Below, piece after piece: positions 10,464 to 20,502 of a DNA stretch of 64,000 bases. The notes under the pieces are model-generated. The model saw only the letters and a program-made list of their open reading frames with translations, did no database searches and was not told the DNA's origin. Positions within the stretch are counted from its first letter, which is position 1. Every line of letters starts with the position of its first letter. The DNA is from Candidatus Eiseniibacteriota bacterium (GTDB lineage: Bacteria; Eisenbacteria; RBG-16-71-46), in NCBI GenBank assembly GCA_044223005.1, contig JBGAML010000001.1, positions 320,001-384,000 on the forward strand, in the 5' to 3' direction. Made by a program: the position numbers and the translations under genes.

Positions 10464-11999
10464 TTAAGGCTTGCCGCGCGCGGCGACCATGCCGCGGAAC
10501 GTCGCGAACGGCACCGTCGCCGGCAAGCCCTGCACGGGCCAGCCCTGCACCACGACCTGCGGCGCGAGCTTCGCCTCGTCGACGGCCTCGAGCAGGCCGG
10601 CCGCCCGGCGCCCGGCGCGCAGCGAGCCGTCGGCGGCGGCGGACCAGCCGAGATCGGCCTGGTAGAGCAGCTTCTGGCGCGGGAACCAGAAGATCACGTA
10701 GTGCTCGGTGTGATGCGACTTCTCGCCGATGTCGATCGCGAGCATCTCGTTGGTCGCGTCGGCGTGGCGCCAGCGGCCCATCGCGAGCGTGTCGACGCGC
10801 GGCGACGCGCCGCCGGGGCGCAGCTTCCACCAGCGGTCGGGCTGCAGCGAGAAGTTGGCGTGCGCGATCTCGTCGACGTAGGGCGCGATCGCGTAAGCGC
10901 AGACCACCTCGGCCGAGTCGGCGAAGAACGACCGCAGGCCACCGGTGTACGCGGGATGGTGGTGGCTGAAGGTCACGAACCGCACCGGCTTCTTCGGGAA
11001 TCGCGCATGGATCGCGGCACGCAGCCGCTCGCCCTGCGGCACGTCGGAGCCGGTCTCGACCAGCACGACGTGGTCCGAGAACTCGGCGACGATCGAGCGC
11101 GAATCGGCGTCGGGCAGCTCGACGCTCCAGATCCCGGGCGCGAGCGCACTCACGACCGGCACCGTGTCGGCGGGCGCGGCGGCAGGCCGGATCGTCGTCG
11201 GCACCGCGAGCTCGGCGAGCGGCGCGTCGGTGACGTCGCCGACGCGGTGCTCCACGAGCGTCCAGCTGATGTCCGCGGGGAACATCTGCAGGCGCAGGCT
11301 GTCGGGCCAGACGTTGGCGCCCACTTCGGACGTGCCGAGGAAGTGCGCGTCCTGGACCAGCGTCCCGCGCCGCGGGTCATGGCGCACGACGCCGTACGAC
11401 CACGGGCGATCGTAGCCGTCGAGGTTCAGGTCGACGCGGCCGAGCGAATCGAACCACGTGTACGTGGACTGGTACGCCGACACGGGGCCGCCGATCAGGC
11501 CATGCCCGTTGTACGCGGCCGCGCGCGTCACCGCGAGGGGCGGCGTGCAGGCGATGATCGCGAATGCGGCCTCGGCCGCCTCGCGGCCGCGCAGTTCGAC
11601 GTAGGGCGAATCGGCGTTCGTGCGCTGCAGCACCCGCTCGCCCACCAACCACGTGGTCTCGATCGTGCGCGACGTGTCGCCCTCGGCCCACGTCGCCCAG
11701 TCCTGGCGCGCGGTGCCGTCGGGGCCGATCACGATGCGGCGCGACGAGCCGTAGTGGCGCGTCTGGTGCGGCTTCTCGTCATGCCCTTCGACGAGGAAGG
11801 TGCCGTCGAGGCGCACGGCGAGCGCCTTGCCCGTGGGCAGTGGGCCGCCGCCGCGCAGCAGCCGCGCGAGCCGCGGGCCCGTGAGCGGCGCGGCCGGATC
11901 GGCGGGCGCCGCCGGCGCGGGCGCGCCCGGCGCAGCCAGGGCGGCCGCGGCGACGAGCCATGCGGCGAGTGCGAGGACTGCGATCCGGAGCGTCTTCAT
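10464..11999 (-). CDS. secreted protein with C-terminal MBL-fold domain (degenerate metal motif)
   Basis: Signal peptide; SIVAEFSDHVVLVE...FPKKPVRFVTFSHHHPAYTGG...KLLYQADL. Confidence 0.75.
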   Translation of the reverse strand: MKTLRIAVLALAAWLVAAAALAAPGAPAPAAPADPAAPLTGPRLARLLRGGGPLPTGKALAVRLDGTFLVEGHDEKPHQTRHYGSSRRIVIGPDGTARQDWATWAEGDTSRTIETTWLVGERVLQRTNADSPYVELRGREAAEAAFAIIACTPPLAVTRAAAYNGHGLIGGPVSAYQSTYTWFDSLGRVDLNLDGYDRPWSYGVVRHDPRRGTLVQDAHFLGTSEVGANVWPDSLRLQMFPADISWTLVEHRVGDVTDAPLAELAVPTTIRPAAAPADTVPVVSALAPGIWSVELPDADSRSIVAEFSDHVVLVETGSDVPQGERLRAAIHARFPKKPVRFVTFSHHHPAYTGGLRSFFADSAEVVCAYAIAPYVDEIAHANFSLQPDRWWKLRPGGASPRVDTLAMGRWRHADATNEMLAIDIGEKSHHTEHYVIFWFPRQKLLYQADLGWSAAADGSLRAGRRAAGLLEAVDEAKLAPQVVVQGWPVQGLPATVPFATFRGMVAARGKP

Positions 12000-12006
12000 G
12001 GTGCGA

Positions 12007-14886
12007 TCAGGCGCGGGCGTCCTCGGCGGCGACCACGTCGAGCCAGTGCACGCGGTCGTTCCAGAGCTCGGGATCCTGCTCCTCGAGCGACTCGTGGCGG
12101 CCGCGATGGCACGTGAGCACGATCACCTGGTGCCCCTGCGCGAACACCTCGATCAGGGTCTTCATGCCGTCGTGCAGGCGCGTGTCGTCGCTGGTCGCGA
12201 ACACGTCGTCGAGCAGCAGCGGCAGCGGTTCGCCGGCGCGCGAGAGGTATTCGCTCACGGCGAGCCGCACGGCCAGGTAGAGCTGGTCGCGCGCACCGCT
12301 CGAGAGCTGCAGGTGCGCCTTGCCGCGCGAGACCTGCGGGCCGCTCTCCATCTGCACGGAGAAGTCGAGGTCCTCGCCGAACCGCAGCTGCTCGACCTGC
12401 GTGCCGAAGCGCGCGAGCAGTTCGCCGACGCGGCCGTTGAGGAAGTCGGCCCAGCGGCGGTGCGTGTCGACGGCGACCTTCTGGATGGTCGTGCGCGCGA
12501 GCTCGACGGCCTGCTTGAACGCCTTCGCGCGCGCGATCGCGCGCGTCAGGCGATCGAGCTGCGCTTCGTGCTCGGGCCGCTGCGTCGCGTGCGCGCGCAG
12601 CACTTCCTCGAGCTCCATGCGCAGGTCGCCGCGGCGGCGCTGCACGCCATCGAGCCGGGCGCGCGCCTGCTGCACCTCGAGGTCGATGTCCACCGGCGAG
12701 CGCGGCGCCGAGAACCCTTCGCGGCCGCCGAGCAGGGCCTGCAGCTGCTGCTGGCGCTGGGCGACTTCGGTGTCCGGGAGCAGCCGCTGGCGCGCGAACG
12801 GGATCAGCTCGTCGATCACCATGGTGCGGCGCGCGCGCATGCCCATGCGCTGTGCGAGGTCGGCGATGTGGTCGGCCCAGCTGCGTTCGGGGTCGTACGC
12901 GAGCCCGGCGTTCTGCAGGATGCGCATGGCGCGCTCGCGCAGCCCGGCGATCGCGTTCTCGAGGATCTGCCGCTGGCGATCGACCGATTCGTCGCTGCGC
13001 GTCAGCTGGTCCAGCCGCGTGCGCGCGAGACCCGCGCGGCGCGCCTCGTGCGCCACGCGCTCCAGCGCCTCGGGCGTCACGGGTGCATCGCCGAGCACGT
13101 GCAGCAGCGGGTGCACGCGGTCGAGCGCCTGGCGGCGGCGCGTCTCGGTCGACGCGAGCATGTCCTGCGCGCGCATGAGCGGCGCGCTGTCCTCGATCAT
13201 GCGCGCGTACTCGTTCCAGTGGCGCATGAGCTCGACCGAATCGCGGTAGCCCATGAGCCGCGCGAGGTCGGCGAGCGAGGCTTCGTTGTCGGCGCGCTGC
13301 GTGCGGAGCTGGTTCAGCCGCCGCTGCGCCTCGCCCAGCCGGCGCAGCGCGGCGTCGCGTTCGGTCGCGAGCGCGCGCGAACCGGCCGACAGCAGCACGG
13401 CGCCCACGACGCCGACCACGGCGCCACCGCCCAGCAGGCCGGCCCAGAGCGGCAGCGCGGCGTGCAGCGCCATCGCGATGCCGCCGGCGGCCGCGCCGCC
13501 GATGCCGAGCGCGAGCGCGATCCAGCCGGGGATGCGGCGGTCGTTGCGCGAGGCGTCGACGCTGCGGAGCGTCTCGGACGCGCCGGTGCGCTCCTGTTCG
13601 AGCTGCGCGACCTGCGTCTGGAACGCGAGGTTCACGTCGCCCTGCTGGCGCAGCAGCCGGATCTGGTCTTCGGGCAGGCCGCTGAAGCGCGCGGTCAGGA
13701 ACTGGATCCGCTCGGGCTCGTAGCCCTCGGCGGCCAGCTCGTCGCGCAGCTCGAACACCTTGCTGCGGTGCTCGGCGTCCTCGAGCGCGAGCCGCCGCAG
13801 TTCGGCGGCCACACCGACGCAGACGTTGGCGTCCTCCTCGGTGATGCCCTCGTACGGCTGCAGCGCGCGCATCTCGTCTTCGACACCCGAGCGCTCGCGG
13901 CCGATCTCGTCGGCGCGCCGCGACTCCAGCGTGCCCAGGTTGAGCTGCGCCTCCTCGAGCCGCGCGACGGCGTCGCGCATCTCGGCTTCGGCGTGCGCGG
14001 GCAGGTGCGCGACCACTTCCAGCTCGCGCGCCTCGGCCTCGAGCCGCCCGAGCTCGGCGCGGTTCGCCTCGTTCTCGTCGAGCTGGCGCTTGACCTCGGA
14101 GGCGTGGCTCGCGAGGCGTTCCTCGTCCAGCCGGCGCAGCGTGTCGCGGATCACCTGCTCTTCGTCCGCGAGCGCGGCCAGCGTCTCGAGCGGCTCCTGC
14201 GCGCGCGCGACCTGGTGGTCGATCTCGTGCATCGCGGCCGAGACGAGCGCGGCCTTGGCCTCGAGCCGCTCGATCGCGGTGTCGACCGTGCCGGTGAACT
14301 CGAGCTCGTGCGCGTCGTAGCGCCGCAGCGACTCTTCCAGCACGCGCAGCGCCTCGGAGGCGTTGGTGTCGCCGATGTGCGTGTCCGCGGCGTTCTCGAG
14401 CCGAGCGCGCAGCGTGGACTGGCGGCGCGCCTTCTCGTCGCCCGGCACGACCGCATCGAGGTCGCCGGGGCGCACCAGCGCGCACTTCTCGAACTCGGCC
14501 GAATCCACCGCCAGCAGCTTGCGGCCGACCGGACACTCCTTGCCGTCCACGAACTCGGACGTCACCTCGTGACCCGAGCCGTCGAACACCGCCACGGTGC
14601 CGCGCTCGAAGTCGCGCGAGATCCGCAGCGTTCGGCCGTCCGCTTCCAGCTCGAGCTCGACGCCGTAGCCGCCACCGGTCCACGGACGCCAGCGTTCGAG
14701 CGGCGTCAGCACGCGGTGCGAGCGGCGGTCGTCCTCGAGGCCGTAGAGCGCGGCCGCGATCGCGGAGAGCAGCGAGGTCTTGCCGCGTTCGTTGTCGTCG
14801 ACGACCAGGTTCACGCGGTCGGGGTCGAACGTCCATTCGCCGCGCAGCGGGCCGAAGCCCGCCACCTTGAGCCGGAGGAGCTTCAC
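12007..14886 (-). CDS. SMC/Rad50-like ATPase (SbcC/YhaN type) with internal TM pair
   Basis: Start VKLLRLKVAGFG; Walker A NERGKTS; coiled coils; LSSGA signature; LLLDD Walker B; TCH. Confidence 0.88.
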   Translation of the reverse strand: MKLLRLKVAGFGPLRGEWTFDPDRVNLVVDDNERGKTSLLSAIAAALYGLEDDRRSHRVLTPLERWRPWTGGGYGVELELEADGRTLRISRDFERGTVAVFDGSGHEVTSEFVDGKECPVGRKLLAVDSAEFEKCALVRPGDLDAVVPGDEKARRQSTLRARLENAADTHIGDTNASEALRVLEESLRRYDAHELEFTGTVDTAIERLEAKAALVSAAMHEIDHQVARAQEPLETLAALADEEQVIRDTLRRLDEERLASHASEVKRQLDENEANRAELGRLEAEARELEVVAHLPAHAEAEMRDAVARLEEAQLNLGTLESRRADEIGRERSGVEDEMRALQPYEGITEEDANVCVGVAAELRRLALEDAEHRSKVFELRDELAAEGYEPERIQFLTARFSGLPEDQIRLLRQQGDVNLAFQTQVAQLEQERTGASETLRSVDASRNDRRIPGWIALALGIGGAAAGGIAMALHAALPLWAGLLGGGAVVGVVGAVLLSAGSRALATERDAALRRLGEAQRRLNQLRTQRADNEASLADLARLMGYRDSVELMRHWNEYARMIEDSAPLMRAQDMLASTETRRRQALDRVHPLLHVLGDAPVTPEALERVAHEARRAGLARTRLDQLTRSDESVDRQRQILENAIAGLRERAMRILQNAGLAYDPERSWADHIADLAQRMGMRARRTMVIDELIPFARQRLLPDTEVAQRQQQLQALLGGREGFSAPRSPVDIDLEVQQARARLDGVQRRRGDLRMELEEVLRAHATQRPEHEAQLDRLTRAIARAKAFKQAVELARTTIQKVAVDTHRRWADFLNGRVGELLARFGTQVEQLRFGEDLDFSVQMESGPQVSRGKAHLQLSSGARDQLYLAVRLAVSEYLSRAGEPLPLLLDDVFATSDDTRLHDGMKTLIEVFAQGHQVIVLTCHRGRHESLEEQDPELWNDRVHWLDVVAAEDARA

Positions 14887-16124
14887 GGCGAGACCTCCTC
14901 GGGCGCCGGCAGCACTTCGCGCAGGCGGAACGCGTCGAGCCCGTAGGCGAGCGCGCGTTCGATCACGGCGCGCTGCGCCGGATCGGTCTCGGCGTCGAGT
15001 TGCGCGAGCAGTTCGCGCGCGAAGCGCTCCTCGGTGGTCTTGCCGTCGCCGGTGCGGTACGCGGCGAGGTCGTGGTCGGGGCGGACGTCCGTCAGGTCGG
15101 TGCGCAGGTGGAACACGCGGCTGGTGAGTTCGCCGCCGGCGCCGCTCCAGCGCACGCCGGGGCCGAAGCGGCCGACCAGCTTCACCGCGACGAAGTCCAT
15201 CTCGCCCACGCCGCCCACGTCGAGCGCCTTGAGCAGCCGGCGGTCGACCTGGTCGGGGCTCGCGGCCCCGGTCACGTCGACGGTCAGCTCGAACACGCGG
15301 CGGCGGTCGAGTTCGATCGGCTCGATCTCCACGAACGGCAGCCGGTGCCCGTACTCGATGCGGACCTCCAGCGCGCCGTGCGTGCCGGTCTCGCCGAAGT
15401 CGAGCGACACGGCCGAACCGGCGTACGCGAGCCGCGCGCCCGCGGACTTGACGCCCTCGGCGAGCGGCTGCTCGATGCGCGACATGGCGTGGTAGTGCCC
15501 CACGGCGTGGTACACGAACGGCGAGGAGGCGACCTCGGCGTCGGCGAACGGCGCGGTCATCTTCTGGTTCGGCGGGCACTGGCCCTCGCGCGAACCGTGG
15601 AAGAGCGCGACCTCGAAACCCATCGGGTCCGTGCCGGAGACGCCCGCGAGCGCCTCGGGCGACAGCGGCCGCTCCATGCTCTCGACGTTGGCCACGAAGC
15701 TGCGGCCCCAGATGCGCACGCCCGCGAGTTTCGGGACGTGGGCCGCGGTCCACGCGGCGTTGTCGAACACGTGCACGTGATCGGGCCAGCGCAGGCCGCG
15801 CGCGCGCAGCAGACGCGGGTGGTACGCGGCGTTGGTGCTCGAGGCGGGATCGTGGTTGCCGGGCGCGATGAACACCGGCGGGCAGCCGCTCACCTCGAAC
15901 GCGTGGATCGCGAACGTCAGCTGGCCGGCGTCGACGGCGGTCGAATCGAACAGGTCGCCGGGCACGAGGATCGCGTGCACGCCACGCTCGATCGCCTGCG
16001 ACACGGCCATTTCGAGCGCGCGCTGCTGGTCCCGCCGGCGGTCGTCGCGGCGAGACTGCGGCAACCACGCGAACGGCCGACCGAGGTGGAGGTCGGAAAC
16101 CTGCAGGAAACGCGCGAGGGCCAT
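14883..16124 (-). CDS. Mre11/SbcD-like DNA repair exonuclease (YhaO type)
   Basis: SDLHLG, GDLFD, PGNHD, FHGS, GHYH metallophosphoesterase motifs; coupled to the SMC ATPase. Confidence 0.9.
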   Translation of the reverse strand: MALARFLQVSDLHLGRPFAWLPQSRRDDRRRDQQRALEMAVSQAIERGVHAILVPGDLFDSTAVDAGQLTFAIHAFEVSGCPPVFIAPGNHDPASSTNAAYHPRLLRARGLRWPDHVHVFDNAAWTAAHVPKLAGVRIWGRSFVANVESMERPLSPEALAGVSGTDPMGFEVALFHGSREGQCPPNQKMTAPFADAEVASSPFVYHAVGHYHAMSRIEQPLAEGVKSAGARLAYAGSAVSLDFGETGTHGALEVRIEYGHRLPFVEIEPIELDRRRVFELTVDVTGAASPDQVDRRLLKALDVGGVGEMDFVAVKLVGRFGPGVRWSGAGGELTSRVFHLRTDLTDVRPDHDLAAYRTGDGKTTEERFARELLAQLDAETDPAQRAVIERALAYGLDAFRLREVLPAPEEVSP

Positions 16125-16321
16125 GCGTTTGCGTCCTTGTCCCGATGGCGGCCAGGGCGAGATTCAGGGGCGTGCCACATGGCAAGGTAACAGCGGGTTC
16201 GCGGCGGGGCAACGGTCCGCGCAACGCCGGAGAACCCGGCACCCCTCCGCGCGGCGGGGGGCCGCGCGGGCGGGGGGTGGGTGCCGGTGCCGCGCCGCGA
16301 ACGGCGCGGCGGCTCCCGGGT

Positions 16322-19300
16322 TCAGGCGGGCGATACGGCCGGAGCCGGTGTGGGCTCGGCCGCGGGCGAGTCCTTGCCGGCGAGCAGCACGACCATGACG
16401 GGCGTGACGACGCCGGCGAGCAGCGTGGAGCTGAGCAGCCCGCCGATGATCACCATGGCGAGCGGCGAGTAGAGCGACGAGTTCTGCAGCGCGAGCGGCA
16501 GCAGGCCGCCGATCGCGGTGAGCGTGGTGAGCAGGATGGGCAGGAACCGAGTGCGCCCGGCCCGCTCGACGGCCTCGCGCAGCGGCACCCCCTCGCGCCG
16601 CAGCTGTTCGGCGAAGTCCACGAGCAGGATGCTGTTCTTGATCACGATCCCGACCAGCGCGATGAAGCCGATCATGGCGGTGAACGAGAGCGTGTAGCCG
16701 CACAGGAAGAGCGCGAACAGGCCGCCGACCACGCCGAGCGGGATCACCGACGCCACGATCAGCGTGCTGCGGAAGCTGCCGAACTCGAGGATCAGGATCG
16801 CGAACACGATGAACACCGTGAACACGATCGCCGAGCCGAGCCCGCCGAAGCTCTCTTCGCGGCTCTCGATCTCCCCCGCCGGGATCACGCGGTAGCCGCG
16901 CGGCAACGGCTCGCGCGCGACCGTGGCCAGCACTTCGCGGGTGACGCGGTCGGTGTTGTAGCCCGTGCGCACGTTGGACGTGAGCGTCACGGCGCGCTGG
17001 CGGCCCCAGTGCTGGATCGTCGGGATGCTGGACTCGAGCCGCACGTCCGCGACCTGGCGCAGCGGCACGGCGGCGCCGGTCACCGCCGGGACCTCGAGCC
17101 GGTCGAGCACTTCGAGCGAGGGCGCGCCGTCGAGGCTCGCGGGTCCGTGCGCGGCGACGCCCTGCACGGGCAGCCGCACGCGGATCGCGTAGTCCTGGCC
17201 GTCGGCCTCGCGCACCGAGCCGGCCTCGGCGCCAGCCAGCGCGAGCCGCACCATGCGGTCGATCGCCACGGTCGGCACGCCGAGCAGGCCGGCCTTGCGC
17301 GTGTCGACCCGCACGCGCACGTCGGTGGTGCGCGACTGCAGCGGGTTCACGACGTTCCACGTACCGGGCGTGCGCTCGAGCGTGTGCTGCAGCCGCGCCG
17401 CGAGCACGCGCAGCGTGTCGAGGTCGTCACCGGCGATGCGCAGTGCGATCGGCGCGTCGATCGGCGGGCCGTTCTCGAACGCCTTGAGCTCGATGCGCGC
17501 GCCGGCGTAGCGGTCGAACGTCGTCTGCAGCGAGTCGTAGAGCGCCGGCGTGCGATGCGAGTCGTAGCGCTTCAGGAGCACGAACAGCTCGCCCAGGTTC
17601 GAGCGCTCGTCCTGCGACTGCACGTTGTAGTAGACGGACGGGTTGCCGTGGCCGACGTTGGCGAGCACGTCGCGCACCTCGGACCGCCCGCGCAGGACGC
17701 CCTCGACCCAGCGCACCGCGCGATCGGTCTCGGCGAGGCTCGCGCCCTGCGGCGCGGTGACGCGCACGAGGAACTGCGGCGTGTCGGCCTTGGGGAACAG
17801 GCTGAAGCCGATGCGCGGCACGAGCGCGACGCTGATCGCGACCAGCACCGCGGCGATCGCGAGCGTGTGCCACGGGTGGTCCAGCGACCAGCGCAGCCGG
17901 CGGCCGTAGCCGTGGTCGATGAAGCGGTTCACGGCCTGCAGGACGCGGTTGCCCTCGGGGTTCTCGGTGCGCGAGAGCAGACGCGACGCGAGGAACGGCA
18001 CCAGCGTGAGCGACACGACGAGCGAGGCGAGGATCGTGTACGCGACCGCGGCGGGCAGGCTGCGGATGTACTTCCCGGGCGAGCCGGGCAGCAGGAACAT
18101 GGGGATGAACGCGGCGACGAGCGTCGCGGTGCATCCCACGACGGCCACGGCGATCTGCCGCGTCGCGACGACGGCGGCGCTCTCGCGCGGCTCGCCCGCG
18201 CGCAGGTGCCGGGCGATGTTCTCGACCACGACGATCGAGTCGTCCACCAGCAGCCCGAGCGCGATCACGAATCCGACGATGCTCAGCTGGTTGATGCTGA
18301 AGCCGGTCACCTGCAGCAGCGCGACGCCGATCGCGAGGCAGAGCGGGATCGAGATCATCACCACCAGCGACGCACGCGTGCCGAGCGGCAGCAGCGTCAC
18401 CAGCACGAGCAGGATCGCGATCAGGAAGTCCTCGGCGAGCCGGTCGAGGCGGTGCTTCACGTTCTCGGCCTGATCGAACGGGCGCTGCATGGTCATGCCC
18501 GCGGGCAGCGTGGGCTCGAACTCGTCGAGCGCCTTCCACGTGGCGGCACGCACGTCGTCGATCCGGCCGCCTGATTTCATCTCGGCGGTCACGAACACGG
18601 CGCGGTGGCCGTTCCAGCGCCCGATGTGACGCAGGTCGGCGTGCGACCAGTGGACGTCGGCCACGTCGGCGAGCCGCACCACGGCGCGGCCGTTGCCGCC
18701 CACGACGGTGTTCCGCACCGCGTCCACGTCGTGGTAGCCGCCGCTCGTCTTGACGCTGAACGCACGCGCGCCCGCGGCGGCGGCGCCGCCGGGGATCACG
18801 GCGCCGTCGCTGCGGATCGCGTCGATCACCTGCGTCGGCGGCAGGTGCAGCGCCGCCAGGCGCGCCGGGTCGAACTGCACGCTGACCTCGCGCGCGGGGT
18901 ACGCCCAACGCTCGGCGGAGCGCAGGCCGGGCACGCGCTCGAGCCGGTCCTTGAGCTGGCGCGCGCGCGCCTCCAGCTCGGACAGGGGCAGCGCATCCGA
19001 GACCAGCGCGACCTGCACGATATTCACGTTCGCGAGGTCCCACTTGTGCACGTCGAGCCGGTAGAGGTCCTGCGGCAGCTGCGGCCGCATGGCGTTCACC
19101 TCGCGCACCACCTCGTCGTACTTCTTCTCCGGGTCGGCGGCGGTCTCGAACTCGACCGTGATCACGGCGAGCCCGTCCTCGATCGAGGACTTGAGCGACT
19201 TGAGCTTGTCGAGCGAGTTGAAGCGGCCCTCCAGCTTGTCGACGACCAGCTGTTCCATGTCGGCGGGTGTCGCGCCCGGGTACACGGCCACGACCGTGTA

Positions 19301-19432
19301 GGTCGGGATCGGGAACACCGGGTCCTCGGCGAGCGGGATCGTGCGCAGCGCCGTGAGCCCGAGCGCCGCGGCCATCAGGAAGAGGACGATCGTGAGCTGC
19401 GGTCGGCGGACGGCGTATTCGGCGAGCTTCAT
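16322..19432 (-). CDS. RND efflux transporter permease (AcrB family)
   Basis: GLLVDDSIVVVENI, GIVIKNSILLVDF, RFLPILLTTLT; about 1036 aa. Confidence 0.95.
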   Translation of the reverse strand: MKLAEYAVRRPQLTIVLFLMAAALGLTALRTIPLAEDPVFPIPTYTVVAVYPGATPADMEQLVVDKLEGRFNSLDKLKSLKSSIEDGLAVITVEFETAADPEKKYDEVVREVNAMRPQLPQDLYRLDVHKWDLANVNIVQVALVSDALPLSELEARARQLKDRLERVPGLRSAERWAYPAREVSVQFDPARLAALHLPPTQVIDAIRSDGAVIPGGAAAAGARAFSVKTSGGYHDVDAVRNTVVGGNGRAVVRLADVADVHWSHADLRHIGRWNGHRAVFVTAEMKSGGRIDDVRAATWKALDEFEPTLPAGMTMQRPFDQAENVKHRLDRLAEDFLIAILLVLVTLLPLGTRASLVVMISIPLCLAIGVALLQVTGFSINQLSIVGFVIALGLLVDDSIVVVENIARHLRAGEPRESAAVVATRQIAVAVVGCTATLVAAFIPMFLLPGSPGKYIRSLPAAVAYTILASLVVSLTLVPFLASRLLSRTENPEGNRVLQAVNRFIDHGYGRRLRWSLDHPWHTLAIAAVLVAISVALVPRIGFSLFPKADTPQFLVRVTAPQGASLAETDRAVRWVEGVLRGRSEVRDVLANVGHGNPSVYYNVQSQDERSNLGELFVLLKRYDSHRTPALYDSLQTTFDRYAGARIELKAFENGPPIDAPIALRIAGDDLDTLRVLAARLQHTLERTPGTWNVVNPLQSRTTDVRVRVDTRKAGLLGVPTVAIDRMVRLALAGAEAGSVREADGQDYAIRVRLPVQGVAAHGPASLDGAPSLEVLDRLEVPAVTGAAVPLRQVADVRLESSIPTIQHWGRQRAVTLTSNVRTGYNTDRVTREVLATVAREPLPRGYRVIPAGEIESREESFGGLGSAIVFTVFIVFAILILEFGSFRSTLIVASVIPLGVVGGLFALFLCGYTLSFTAMIGFIALVGIVIKNSILLVDFAEQLRREGVPLREAVERAGRTRFLPILLTTLTAIGGLLPLALQNSSLYSPLAMVIIGGLLSSTLLAGVVTPVMVVLLAGKDSPAAEPTPAPAVSPA

Positions 19433-20502
19433 CGCGCCCCCTCCCGCGGCCGCACGTCCTCGGTCAGGAACGCGGCGCCTTCGACCACGATCCGCGACAC
19501 GCCCTCGAGTCCGGCGGTCACCGCGGCGCGGTCGCCGTCCAGGAACGCGATCGTCACGCGGTGGCGCACGGGCACTCCCGCGGCCGAGAGCGACCACACG
19601 GTCGCGTGGTCGTCGTCACCCTCGACCAGCGCGGCGAGCGGCACCCACGCGACGGGCGTGGTGCGCGAGGGCGCGAGCGTGACGTTCGCCGCCAGGCCGG
19701 ACGCGAGCGCGCCGCCCTCGGCGACGCGCACGGGCGCGTCGAGCGCGAGCTCGACCTCGTACGTCCCCGCACCGGGCGCGGCCGCAGCGCCGATGCGCGT
19801 GACGGTGCCGCGCCACGCGCGGCCGGGAAACGCGTCGAACGTCACCGTAGCCGCGTCGCCCACCTGCACGCGCACGACGTCGCGGTCGGGCAGGCCGGCA
19901 CGCACCACCTGGCCGCTGCCCGCGGAGCTGTAGACGAGCACCGGCATGCCGGGGCCCACGGTCTGGCCGGGCTCGGCGAGCCGCCGCAACACCGTGCCGG
20001 CGCCGGGCGCGACGAGCGCGGCGGTGCCGGCGTTGAAGCGCGCAGCGCGCAGGTCGCTGGCGGCGACGTCGCGTGCGGTCTGCGCGTTCTCGTAGAGCTC
20101 GCGCGTGATCACGCTGTCGGCGAACAGCGCCTGCGCGCGCGCGAGGTCGCGGTCGGCCTTCGCGAGGCCGGCCTGCGCCTTCTCGACGTACGCGCCGATC
20201 TCGGGCATCTCGAGCGCGGCCATGCGCTGGCCCGCGCGCACGGCGTCACCGGCCTCCACGTCGATGCGGGCGATCACGCCGCCCACCTTGAACGCGAGCG
20301 GCACCTCTTCCTTGCCCGCGAGCACGCCGGTCGCGAGCACGGGGCGCGCGACGCGGCCGGTGTCGGGCACGGCGGTCCGCACCGCGACCTCGCGCGGTCC
20401 GGAGGCGCCGGCGTGCGAACGCGAGCATCCGGCCGCGGCCGCAGCGAGCGAGACGACCAGCACGAGCATCGGGACCGGGCGAAGCGTTGCGGCGTTCATC
20501 AC
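19429..20502 (-). CDS. RND efflux periplasmic adaptor (MFP) lipoprotein
   Basis: Lipobox AAGC; AFKVGGVIARIDVEAGDAVRAGQ lipoyl-like motif; lies between TolC and permease. Confidence 0.92.
   Translation of the reverse strand: MMNAATLRPVPMLVLVVSLAAAAAGCSRSHAGASGPREVAVRTAVPDTGRVARPVLATGVLAGKEEVPLAFKVGGVIARIDVEAGDAVRAGQRMAALEMPEIGAYVEKAQAGLAKADRDLARAQALFADSVITRELYENAQTARDVAASDLRAARFNAGTAALVAPGAGTVLRRLAEPGQTVGPGMPVLVYSSAGSGQVVRAGLPDRDVVRVQVGDAATVTFDAFPGRAWRGTVTRIGAAAAPGAGTYEVELALDAPVRVAEGGALASGLAANVTLAPSRTTPVAWVPLAALVEGDDDHATVWSLSAAGVPVRHRVTIAFLDGDRAAVTAGLEGVSRIVVEGAAFLTEDVRPREGAR

Noticed and set aside
11800..14946. Very long antisense or alternate-frame ORFs (e.g. 11800-14946 +, 24518-27868 +, 34504-37800 +, 55855-59517 -)
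   Set aside because: Arg/Ala/Gly-rich shadows of real genes caused by high GC and codon bias; no motifs
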